A DNA stretch of 64,000 nucleotides, from the NCBI GenBank assembly GCA_010015805.1, contig ML978126.1:1426001-1490000 (forward strand), given 5' to 3'. The notes beneath the pieces were generated by a model. The model was not told the DNA's origin. It saw nothing but the letters and a program-made list of their open reading frames with translations, and made no database searches. Within the stretch, counting starts at the first letter, position 1. Each line of letters starts with the position of its first letter. Positions 11,099 to 23,313 of the stretch are shown piece after piece. This stretch comes from Rhizodiscina lignyota (lineage: Eukaryota). Position numbers and translations under genes: made by a program.

Positions 11099-12125
11099 AT
11101 GCCCACACTTTTAGAAACTCTTGAGTTCTCGTCCATCGTCGAGGTTACCTCCTCTGGCCTCAGCAGCGAAGGAGACAAAGATGCTACACAACCTCACAGT
11201 CCATACAATCCACAGAGCACGCATCGTCGTAAAGTTTTTCACTCGTGGCTGAAAATTGGCCGTGAAACTGATTATGACCTTGAATCAAACATTGTTGGAA
11301 AGCAAACCTTAGATATTGGATGCGGACAAGGCGACATGATCGAGCTCTTTGCCGCCACTTTGAAAGCTCAAGGAAACCAAAGTTCAAGAGTTGTTGGTGT
11401 TGACCCCGCAAGTTTAGATTACGGTAAGCTTGTTTCACATCCTTAATCACAAATTGCTCACCTTATTGAAAGGTGAACCATGGACCCTCGGCGATGCCCA
11501 AGCTGGCCTGCTTGCCGGCCCAGTGGGAGAATACCTATCATTCAGACAAACAACAGCACCAGCACTAGTAGCATCGCAACCCACGGGAACTTACAGTGTA
11601 GCCTACTTCGCGCACTCACTCTATTACTTCCCATCCTACGCTACCATCATTCAAAACTTCAAGTCTCTACTCAATGCAGGAGTTCAGACGCTCCTCCTGG
11701 CCGAGTGGTCGCTTTCGATTTCCGACCTTGCTGCATTGCCGCACCTCCTAGCAGTCTTGCTGCAATCCATCGATCCAATCTCGGACGGAAATGTAAGGAC
11801 TGTACTTTCGCCGGCTGCTTACATGACCGCGGCTATGGAAGCTGGATGGGAGGTTGCCAGCAGTGAGACTTTCGCGCCGGTAGCGGGCCTGGAAGATGGG
11901 AAGTGGGAGACTGGGTTTGCGAGAACGGTTGCTGAGAAAACAGCGATTGGAAGGCAAGCTGTGCAGACAGTTGAAAGGAGCGTAGAGAGTGTTCAACGAG
12001 AGAGCTTAACAGCTCATGCTGACGCATTAGAAGCTTCAATAGTTTCGGCAGGAGGAGTGGATAGAGTCAGGTGTATGGACGTTTGGACGGCGATTTTCAG
12101 GCCAGCGGCATCGAAGACCGCGTGA
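11099..12125 (+). CDS. SAM-dependent methyltransferase (ustM-like family)
   Basis: Motif I LDIGCGQGD, VVGVDPASLDYG | intron ~11423-11472 | EPWTLGDAQ, AHSLYYF, LAEWSL, PHLLAVL, NVRTVLSP. Confidence 0.85.
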
Positions 12126-12218
12126 ACACGACAGAGAAACATGATTAACTGCGAATGAAACAGCGTCAATTAATCTAAACAACTAATAGGCCATGTCTAA
12201 ATCTTCTAATTAGTGGAA

Positions 12219-14223
12219 TCAGTCGAAGTTCACAGGGAATCTTTCCCTCAAAACACCTCCATATTTCAGCAGAAATATCGGTACGGGCACGAGAGCAAGC
12301 GTGATGAAGCCAAGTAGAGAATTCCCCCACTGTACAGATGTAGAAGTCAGCGGACTCGTTAAAGACTGATGAAGATGGCAACTTACCCCGTATCCGAGTG
12401 AGTCAAACATAGCAGGCCCCGCCAGTGGGAGGAAAGCACCAAAGAAAGAACGCGTGATTGTGATGGTAGCTATAGCAGAAGCTGCAAATTGAGAATAAGC
12501 ATCGACCATGTATGTTTGTATGGATATGAATATCCCGATCATCCCAAACCCGAATGGAAAGAGGCCGATGATGGGCACAATCCAGTGCACTTTAGCTTGG
12601 ATCGCCCATCCATACCAGAAGAAGGATATGGGCACGAAACAGGCATATGGTAAGCACAATGTAAGTCGCATCTCGGGTGCGTAGGCGCCGTTGTTCGCTT
12701 TAGTGAGACGAACGATGGTCCGGTCGCTCATCATTGCAAAAAGAATCTGTCCACAGAGCAGTCCAATGCCCAAGCCCGTATAAGCGAGACCAGTCAAATC
12801 AGGTGCCCAGTGGTAGGTCTTCTGGAAAACCGTAGTGACAGTCGTAAACAGAAGATAGAGACACCCATATATGAGAGCCACATAGAGTGCCAAAAGCGGC
12901 ACTATGGGAGAGGAAAGGAGCATTTTCGCCGGCCGTATCAGAGCGTTAAGAATGATGGAAACTCGACTCCGTCCATTTTGCGTCTTATCGTAGCAACTGT
13001 GGAGGTCCGTACGGTTCAGCTCCTTCATAAGGCGGTGCGTCTTCCTGCGGATCAGGATGGTGGGATTGGTTTCTCGGAAAAAGATGAGGATACACGCCGT
13101 ACAGGTGCCTGCAGCAATCAGGAGTGTCCAGAAGACCTGGGGGCGGGTTCAGTGTTTGCACCCCGACATTGTATGACAGAGAGAGCGTACCCATCTCCAT
13201 CCCGCTTGCTGAGCGATGAAACCGCCACAGATTGGACCAAGAACTGGACCAAAAAGAGGGCCCATTGTGAATATGGACATTGCCATTCCACGGTGTTCCT
13301 TCACGAATAAATCGGCAATAGTTCCCCCACCGAGTGTCAAGCAGGCAGAGCCACCCATGCCGCTGAACAAGCGGAAGACGATCAATGCAGAGATATTGGG
13401 TGCCAAGGCGCATCCAATTTGCCACACCACAAAATGTATTGAGGCAATATTCAGGATGATTCTTCGCCCATACATCTCGCTCAATGGGGACAAGAATAGT
13501 GGGCCGATCTGCTGACGGTTAGAATTAAGCAATTAAGACAATCTTGCAATGCACGAACCGCATAGCCAAGAACATATACTGAAACGGCAAACGTCGATAA
13601 GAATGTCGATGTGTCGTGAAAGTCTTTCGCTGCAAAAGAGGCTGCGGGAGCAAACACCGACGATGCAAACGGACTAGAATGCATTCTTGTGAGTATGACA
13701 GAGTGAAAGCTGGTATGGGACTCGGACGAACCTGATCAATGTCATAGAACTTATCAGTGAAAGTGTTGTCCACTTTCGTACTGGCGAATAATTCCTGGGT
13801 TTTATTGGTGAGGGCACAGAACTGCAAGTATGCGAAGTGGTATGACATACCTTGGGTTTTCTGGATCATCTTGACCTTCCCAGCCTACAATCCCCTTGTC
13901 GAGGTCTTGCTCTGGGTATAACTCGCGGCCAGAAGTGCCATGTCCTTGTGTATGAGGACCTGTGACCGGAATGTCTATGGCAGAGCCATCCTCAGACTAA
14001 AAATTGAGCTTCAGCATCTACCAGACAGACAAGAGAAGGTTCAAAATGGACACCAAATACGTACGGCTTCAGAGTGAGGGTGTGGTTGTCCTCGGGTCTC
14101 TTTTTTAGAGCTAGATTGAGATGACTCCGATAGCATCGAAGTGGCAGAGGGAGTCGCGCCAGAGGTGGATGCTGGAATCCTAGGCTCCTGCTTTTCTAAA
14201 TCCCTGGTGTCTGAGGACGCCAT
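12219..14223 (-). CDS. MFS transporter (DHA1 drug:H+ antiporter type)
   Basis: WEGQDDPENP, GPLFLSPLSEMYGRR, FRLFSGMGGS, GPLFGPVLGPICGGFI, PEMRL, WYGW..HWIVP; multiple introns. Confidence 0.92.
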
Positions 14224-15239
14224 GCTTCTAATAAGTATTCAATAATACAGTGGTAAAGACACAAATGCCTTCTTCAAGGTGTCGGATCGAACGTCGCTGG
14301 TTACGGTTCATGTATGGCTTTGTCGAATGAGAAAAACAAGCGCAGCATGTGCTTCACTTGTATCTAAATTCATGGAGGCTCCAACTCAGAGATCGCGGCG
14401 ACTGAGACAAACAACCAGTACTCTGCCCAGGAGGCCCCACTTACCCCGGGCCAGGAGGTCTTTGTTTCGGGCCGCTTTCGCTTCTACAGACAGGACGGTG
14501 TGTGATGTAGCCTGCATCATGAGTAGCGAATGATCGTGAATACACTGACGTCTGCATTCGGAGATTGGAGGCTGCTGGGAGAAGGAGAGCAGAATGACGA
14601 CTCTGGCGCAATTTAAGTTAGCGGCTTTGGTCAACCCACTTTAGGCATTCGTCACGATCGATACACGCTCTAAAACCGGTACGGATGCTAACTATGGCAG
14701 GCTGCAGAAGGGAGTCGTCGGATATTATTCGAACGATGCCCTTCTGTGCTGTGATACCGACGTCGTGAGTACCCCGGTTAGCACCCTTGTTCGCTCGCTT
14801 ATTCATCCAACCAAACTGTTCCTCTCGGAGCCCTGCCAGCGCCTGAGTGGGTCCAAAAGCTCGCGCTAACCCCATTCACGGCTCGGGTACATCCAAGGTT
14901 CCGAACGTCATCCTTTAGGAGCCGCACTCCTGAGTTGAGTCCGTCCATGAACCGAACTTATTCTCCAAAGATACTAAGGTCCGCTCTTGATCCTGATCAG
15001 CACGCAACGTTGATACTGGAGATAACCGGGATTTGTTATCAATACCAGCTTCTTGATGATCCAAATTCTAATTTCTAAACCCCTAATTCCATCATGACAT
15101 GTTTGCGAAGCTGAACTAGAAGGGCCACATAGGACAGTTCAGATGATTTATTTGTATGAGGGCGTTCAGCCCTGCTTAAGTCCAGGAAACTACCTGCGAT
15201 TGCCGTCTTTCAAATTCTCCTCTTGGTTCGCACGACAAC

Positions 15240-16249
15240 ATGACATCCCACCAACTGGGCACTTGCTGCTATAAAGGCGCCAAGCACGAAGGCACTGCGA
15301 CTGGTCAACTCCTGGACTGGCAGGGCATTGAAGCATACGTGAAGCACCCTGAAGATGGATCAACCGAGCATGCAATTCTTCTGTACGTTGAACTACACAT
15401 TTGACCTCCCCCTCTAGCCCTAATTCTCTAAGCACCGACTCTTGCTAATGCGCGTTGAACTCCTCCGGATAGCCTGACCGACATAATTGGCCATCGTTCC
15501 ATCAATTCACAACTGATAGCAGATCAGTTCGCTGCCAACGGTTACTTTATTGTCATGCCAGACCTCTTCTTTGGGGATTCGGTTCCCTTGAATAAAGTTG
15601 GCGAACTGGATATTCCCAAGTGGTTCGCCGGCGGGTACAATGCGAAAGGAACAAATCATGGCCCGTCGACAGTTGATCCCATCGTTGAGCTGTGCCTGTC
15701 GACAATGCGGACAGAGTACAAGTGTCAGGTACGTTATGGGACTGCATATAATCTTCTGTCTTTGCCCCTTCGGTGCATTTGAACGGTTCTGATTTTGCCG
15801 CAGAAAATTGGCGCTGCAGGTTACTGTTTTGGCGCCAAATATGTCCTTCGTCATTTACGCTCCGACGGGAAGGCAATCGATGTGGGTCATGCCGCGCACC
15901 CGAGCCACGTTGAAAGAGATGACCTTCAAGATATCACGGGTCCATTTTCTATCGCGGCTGCAGAAACCGATCCTGTCTTTCCCCCAGAGAACAGACACGA
16001 AACCGAGGACATCCTCAAGTCCATAGGCGTTCCCTACCAGATCAACCTCTACGGCGGTGTCACACATGGGTAAGTACACCTCTGACCCATCCTCGTCACT
16101 GCATTTCTCAGGACCAGGCTAATCTTGGCCCATATACTAGCTTTGCTGTGCGCGGCGACCTAAAAGATCGCGTACAATTGTACGCCAAAGAGAATGCTTT
16201 CTTGCAAGCGGTACAGTGGTTCGATGAACATTTGAAGAACCAAAAGTAA
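15240..16249 (+). CDS. Dienelactone hydrolase family protein
   Basis: MTSHQLGTCCYKGAKHEG, LTDIIG..QLIADQFAANGYFIVMPDLF, GYCFGAKY, AHPS, AAAETD, YGGVTHG|FAVRGD; three introns. Confidence 0.92.
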
Positions 16250-17078
16250 GATCAAACTTACATTGTCCACTAAGCGATGGCGCAGCATCTAGACAAGGTT
16301 AATCGTTGGCCGCCTGCTTCGAGTTTGGACCGATGAGAGACTCAAACTGAAGAGGTTATCGTATAGCTGAGAAAGATGGGCAAACATTATTCTTCCGTAG
16401 ACAACATAAACATACTCACGATAATGTTCTTGTGGTATCCACACTTGTACAAACTAATGTCAAAGTGGATGCAATTAGTCGTGCTCATATCACCTACAAT
16501 TAAACGAAGTTAGCTCATGGCAGTCGGGGTCCTTTATAATACTGGGCAAGCCAAACATAATGCTACTTCAGAAATCCTCATGGCTTTACTTTAATGATGC
16601 TCTGAATCTAGATCTTCTTTTCTCTCGAGTGGTAGAGAAAAAGTTGTCGAGCAAGCCCCTTTCATGTCGCGTTCGAATGGACAGAAACGACGGATGACAG
16701 CCGCCGTATCGTCTGGTGACAATGAGGCGTTATGTTGTGAGATCGAATTTAAGAGAATTTAAGATACAAACTCCGAGCGGAAACCCCGAGGCGGCTCCCT
16801 GCCGATTCCTTTCTCGCCCCCGCGGGCCGTTTTCGCTTCATAAAATCGACGACGCCAAATCAACGTTGAAACGGCGCATTGCACGTTCAGCGCTCTAAAA
16901 TGAAAGTGAAAGCTATCCTCGCTGGTTTTACTTGAATTGCCCATATTTGTCCATCATTGATTCACTTTGTCATCTCGAGCCTTGGAGCAGTCTGGACTGG
17001 GGCCTGTGTCGTGGCTAACTATTTCAAGAACACACTCTGCTGCAGCTCGGCGTCATATGCCTCAATAACCACCGAACC

Positions 17079-19948
17079 ATGGAAAAGAAAAAGGGGAGGA
17101 TGGCGACAAATGCGCTTGAACAAGACGATGGGCCATCGTCCGCAGAACAAGCCCCCGCCAATCAGAGCTTCAGCACCAATCCTCTAGACTCTCCGGAGGA
17201 ATTGAAATCAAAGAGGACAGCTCCGGATTATGACCAGACCCAAGCCCCTGCTTCTACGTCTGCGCATGATGTACACAGCAGAGCGCGTATCACTAGAGCT
17301 TGCCAAGTGTGCCGGCAAAGAAAGATTAAATGCCCCGGGGGATGTCCATGCCAGCCGTGTAAAACATCCTTTCACGGTAAGCCATGAATGAGAGAAGAAG
17401 CCCATAATCATTGCTTCAAGTGCTGACTGCGTTAGATTGTGTGTACCTTGAACCAACTCGCAACCGTCCGAAACGTCGTGTTGTCACTTCTGCCCACATT
17501 GCAGCTCTGGAGAACAGGCTGAAGGAGATGGAATCATATATTAACATCGCTGCCCACCATCGAAGCGATGCGAGCCCTTCGGATACCACACATATACAAA
17601 TACATCAATTCCCGGGCTCTTCGCAGAGTCCTACTGATCCCACGCATGGTGCTAACAACGACTATCGCCACACGGACAAGTATGTGTTAACGCAACACGC
17701 GATCGAGAACGGCGAAGCCGGGTACCAAGGCTACTCTGGGGATCGGGCGTTCATGCAGCTAATGCGAGACAAGTTGAGAAATTGGCCAGGAGCAGAAGTT
17801 CACGGGAAATTGCGACGGTCCGCAGAACAGCTTCCGAAGCTGTTTGAGTCTGATTACTCACTTGCGGAAACCGTCCTTCTTCCTCCGAGAGACGAGTGCC
17901 GAGCCTTGATAGATGCTGCGTTGGAGTCGCATGCCCTTTTTCCCATTTTGCATTGGCCAAATTTTGAATGTTCCTTGAGATTTCTGTACTCGATCGGACC
18001 GAGTCAATATACTGCCGATGAGCTTCGCTTTCTCCCTCTATTTTACGCTGTCCTCGCTCTGGGTTGTTTGTTCTCCCAAAAGGACACGCAGAAATCTTCT
18101 CGTAGCTCTGCAAAGGCTAATGGGTGAGTGCATGCAGCATACTTTGCGAACTCAACTTCAAGGCTGACCTTTTACTTATACTACGATACTTTGCCGCCAG
18201 TCGTTGTTTGGTTAACCTCAGCGACGGTACAGATGAAACCTCTCTGCAGGCGCTTATCTTCCTGAACCTTTTCCTCATAGCTACCGCCCGTGCCGGAAGC
18301 TGTTATACTTATCTAACGCATACGCTCACAATAGCCCTGCGTATGGGACTGCATAGTTCTTTGCCTCGACAAGATGATCTGGTGCGGCACGAAGTGGGAA
18401 AGCGAGCTTTCTGGACTATCAAAGTTCTCGTAAACTATGTCTCAATTCTGGCTGGCATGCCAAAGCTATTAGATGACGAAAATATTGATCAGGATATGCC
18501 GGCCGAAGTAAATGATGTGTACATCACCAAAAACGATATCTCAGTTCAGCCGGCTAACGAAGTTTGCCAAATTGCTGGAATGAATGCTTATATCAGGCTT
18601 CATAAGATCTTGGAACAGGTTGTCAGCCACATCTACCCGCCTCGAGGATTGCGCAAGACTCCCGACAAGGAATCGGCAAGCTATTTGGTCAGGATCGAGA
18701 CTATCAAAGGCATTGAGCAGGATCTAGACAACTGGATGCAAAACGTGCCGTTTGGTTTTGCTCTAGGTAGAGACACAGCATCAGCGAGTTTGTTGCGGTA
18801 AGACAGTCCAGCCGCTTCCTTGAAAGTGAACTCTGCTAACACAACTCAGTACTCAATATCTGCTCTCCGTGTCGTTCGCTCGCGTTCAGCTTTATCTTTA
18901 TCGACCATTTCTTCATTACCTCTCAAAGTCTGGTGCCAATGACACAAGCTTTACTCTGTACGCGACCGCGTGTGTGCAAGCATGTCACAATATCCTTACC
19001 CTTAGCGGGGATGTTTGGAGGAGAGGACTTGTTCCAGGTTGCAATCCAACTTTTATACATATGGTATTTGGAGCCATTATTACGCTGATATATGTCCTTC
19101 TGGATCCAACCGAGTGGGATGAAACAGAGGTGGCTGTCAAAGACATTGCGATGGGCCGCAAGTTTCTGGATACCATTGCGCAGTACAGCGAGAATGCAGA
19201 GAAAGCTCAAGCCATCTTGGCCGTAGGTTTAAGCCTGAGCAAAATTTGCATTACAAGAGTTAAATTGTTAATATTAGAACAGGCAATGATTGCTTTGCTT
19301 CAAAAAGAGTTTGTGGAGACTCGGAAACGCTTGCAGAATTACGAATCCGAAATTGCTGATCTTGTTGCTGTTGACCCGATTGCGGATGATGAGTCTGCTG
19401 CGCGTGTTAGCAATCAAACGGTTGGAATGGAGCACCATGGCAAGCCGTGGGCCCCACCAACTCTCAGCGAAAGCTTTTCATACCGACCGATTCCAACCGG
19501 CAGTATGCTCCAAAGCCATCCTCCTGATGCCAGATATACTCCATTCGAAACTCACATTCTTCAATCACCTAATGGCGCTCAACGTAGATCTCTGTCATCG
19601 ATCGGGGATACGAACGCGGAGACAGTTTCAACACAGCCAGACCTTGGGAGGACAGGAGTTCAAACCCATTCGTCGCACCTCTCATCGCAATTTGCTTTCA
19701 CAAGCGTCACTGGCTCCAGAAGCGGCTCTGTTCCTTACCAAGAGAATGCAGCCGACCTTCTCGAAGCACGCCCTTTCAGCTTTGCCAACAATCAGTTGGG
19801 AGGCATGTGGAGCAGTATGACTCCATTCGCGGAGCAAACCCTCGATACTCCAAATGGAGGTGATTTAGGAATGATGGACATGTCCGATGCAAACCCGATA
19901 GACCTACAGCAAATGCGGGAACTGTTCAATTCTAATCACCTACTTTGA
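17079..19948 (+). CDS. Zn2Cys6 transcription factor with fungal-specific TF domain
   Basis: RACQVCRQRKIKCPGGCPCQPCKTSFH|DCVY; ALRMGLH..KRAFWT..GMPKLLDDENIDQDMP; LYRPFLHY. Start could be 17100. Confidence 0.92.
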
Positions 19949-21331
19949 AGAGAATAGCGAGATACTGTTCTCATACGTCTCACCATCGACCCCTGATAAC
20001 GGCGGGATCCTGAAATACGAAAACATCCTGGCAGCAAGAGCATCTCTTCGCGACGGTCTTATGATAGAGGGGCTTTGGTATGACTAACAACAAGTCGTAC
20101 ACAAACGTACTACATGAGGAGTGGTATTACATCACATATCGCAACCTGCCTCCGTGTTTTCGGGTATCAAATTGGAGATATATCTGTCCAGGATGGTTGG
20201 GGGAACACGCCAATGCCGTATAGAGATCTCCTGGTTATCGCAGATTCACAAGAGGACAGGAGGCACACACGAGGCTGAACTTCAATGCAACAGCATTATG
20301 TCAAGGCTCTACGAATCGATTTGATCTCTCACTATCGACGGGAGACAGCAGGAGCGATGCTTTGGAACTATTTTGTTCTATCGGCGCCCGAAGCACTTGC
20401 CTAAGCCCTCTCAGCAGGACCTCAAAGATATTCATACTGCTCTTACGCAACGGCTCGAATTTTACCGAACGCCATGGTGTTGCGAAAGAGTAACTCAGCC
20501 TAGCCACAGCGGAAAACACCCGACCCGACTTACGACAATTACGTTCCCGAGCTCCGATTACAACCTTTCCATCCTGTATGAACGAATTGCAGACGAAAGA
20601 CATCGTTTGGTTGTGAAGTCCGAAATTTTCAATCGTCACGGTCGGCGGGAGATACAATGCTTTTAAAGCATTACTTCCTCTGCTTGCTTGGCCATCATGG
20701 GTCAATCAGCTTGTAACGAGTGTCCAGATTTCGTTCACTCCATTGTGTTGGATATGTCAAACACGGAAAATATTATTGGACTCTGCGCTGTCATCGGCGG
20801 TATTCTCCTAGGCGACAGCAAATTCGAAGTATTTTAAGATCTAACTACGATAGCCAAATGCGTAAAAATTAAACCCTTCGAAAAATTGAGGTGCAAATGT
20901 CTAAGGATCAAGAGGAGCCTCCAATTTCTCCAGCGACCACTCGGCCCCGAAGCTGGAGTTTAACTTCCAGGTATGTGCGATTAAAAGTGTGACGCAGCCA
21001 GGAGCCCTGTTCCAAATTGTTGTAAATATCTCTGCCCCTGTCCGCTCGCAGCGACAAGAGGCGCAGTTTCGATAACTCAGTGTCTTGATATTTGTTCGAC
21101 GCTTTCACCCTAAGGAAAGGATGTTAGAGGCAAGCGACCAAGGGTAAATAGGTAGTAAGTGCGAGGTGGATGATGCCATAAGTCTGGATGTAGGTACAAT
21201 AATACTTCTGCGGAGGGATTGCCGAGGGACAACATACTCCAGGCTTATCATTCCCCGCGTCGCTGAATGCTTACAGAACTGCATCTTCAACATTATTATA
21301 CGTAGTACTACATAAATACAAGTCATCAACC

Positions 21332-22286
21332 ATGTCCAGAGGAACCCAGCCTGCAGAGCCAGAATGGCTAGCAAAGCCCTCTGGTGCGTGCTGTCTCAAA
21401 GGCCACCTGCACACGGGCGAACCGAAAGGGAAATTTGAGCGCCTGGCGGACATTGAAACCTACATAACGCGACCCGAGGCAGCAAAGGACAACGGGAATA
21501 TAGTTCTATACTATCCCGATGTTTTCGGCTTCTTCACGAATGGTCTGCTTGTCATGGATGTTTTCGCAGAAGCCGGCTTCACAGTCTTGGGCCTTGACTA
21601 CTTCAACGGCGTGAGTTGAGCATCACTAAGGCCTCGGACACTCCCAGAACTATCTGGGTCCCTCACTGAGTCGACACTGCTGATACCTTCGTATACAGGA
21701 CCCGATATACATGCACCGTGATGGTCCAAAGCAGCCCCAGGAAGGATTCGACTTCCAAAAGTGGCTGGCGAAGTATCAGAAGTTTGCCGAAGAGAATGTC
21801 CCCGGATGGGTCTCCGCTGTGAAGCAGAAGTATGGAAAAGAAGGAACGAAATACGCTTGCGTGGGGTATGTGTGTATGCTGTTCCTATCGATCCATATGC
21901 TAATGTGCAGCAGATACTGCTTCGGGGCGCCTTACGTCATGAACTCGCTCTCTGGCTCGTCTCCTGACTGTGAAGTGGGCGCGTTCGCGCACCCGGCTTT
22001 CTTGAAGGAGCAGCATTTCCATGACATCCAGCGTCCGCTTTTCCTGTCATGTGCGGAGGTTGACCATACCTTCGAAACAGCAGCGCGGAACAAAGCGATA
22101 GACATCCTGCGCGAGGCCGGGAAGCCGTACCATTTGCAGCTCTTCTCTGGAGTTGAGCATGGATTCGCACTGAGATGCGACCTTTCAAAGCCATATGAGC
22201 GCTGGGCTAAGGAGAGCAGTGCAAAGGGTATCGCAGACTACTTTAGATTGCACCTTGGTGTGGATACGGAGAGCGCAAAACTATGA
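21332..22286 (+). CDS. Dienelactone hydrolase family protein, C-terminal PTS1-like AKL
   Basis: CCLKGHLHTGEPKG, YYPDVFG, GLDYFNG|DP, VG|YCFGAPYV, AHPAFL, SCAEVD, FSGVEHGFALR; ends ESAKL*. Confidence 0.92.
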
Positions 22287-22637
22287 ATATCGCGAGCCGC
22301 AATTAGTCATATTGTCGGAAATTTTTACAGATATCATTCGCTAGGAAATGATCGCCAGCTAAATAAACTTCGTTATCCGAACTCCTTCTCCTTAAGTTCA
22401 ACTCCTTAAAAAAACACTTCGTAAAATTCCTTCAAATAAGACGAGGAAGTATCAAATCGAAACAGCAAAATCCTCGGACACAGAAGAAGTGGCGTACCTC
22501 TTCGCGCAATCATGAACGAACCCATTCACGTAGCTTAAATTCAACAGCATGTCACCCCGATGTTATTGCGCCACTGGGAGCACGGATCCTGAAACATGAA
22601 ATCGTCCCAGTAGCAGGAACATCTCTTCGCGGCACTC

Positions 22638-23200
22638 TCATGGTCGAGTAGTTTGAGCAGAAGATGCAGCCCCTGGCAGCGTAGACAGCGTCTCACTCTC
22701 CTCATCTGAGAAGGCCTTTAGCAGCTCAAAGGCAGACGGCGCAGAGACTTCGGTGCCATCAAAACACGAAATCGCTCGGAAACCTGGCTTTCTCTGCGAT
22801 ATTGGGACATGCTTTACTTTCGAAAACGGCAGCTCATTGAAACAGATCCAGTCGAGAGTAAACGCCCTACAAATACGCTCTGAGATTAGCACAAATGGAA
22901 TAGGTTGCACATAATGAAGAATCACTTACCCTTCCCAAATATCTTCCAGCCAATGCTCATCCGTATTGTCTCTGTCAGCTGGGCTCGTCATGGTGGCAAC
23001 GCCGCAAAACCTCTGACTAAACCTCGCACAATGCGTTAGCTACATCAACAATCGTAGTAAAGTCTTTTCATGAGTTTTACAAAAACCATGCTTTCAAGAA
23101 TTTGCCCCTTGTGGGGGTAAGTGCATGAAGGGGGCGGGAGGGAGGTGGTGAACAAGACTTGCCTCTTGATGACTGAAAAGAACCCGGTCAAAACGTATGC
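22638..23200 (-). pseudogene. C-terminal half of a YTH (m6A-reader-fold) domain gene
   Basis: Spliced (GC-AG intron ~23162-23017, GT-AG intron ~22929-22868): FFSVIKSQRFCGVATMTSPADRDNTDEHWLEDIWEGAFTLDWICFNELPFSKVKHV..SCFDGTEV, matching the YTH consensus FSVNxSGHFCGVAEM..W..DKWxGxFxVxWI. No N-terminal half seen. Confidence 0.75.
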
Positions 23201-23313
23201 AATCTTGGGGTCGCATTCCTTTACGCTCGGTTCGTGCTTGCTACCACATTTCTGATTGTGGCGCGCTTGTTGAATGCCATCCGTAACGACCATATTGACA
23301 GCAAAACATATTT

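Noticed and set aside
20121..21100. Gene relic between TF and DLH
   Set aside because: Short ORFs with no recognisable motif or splice model.
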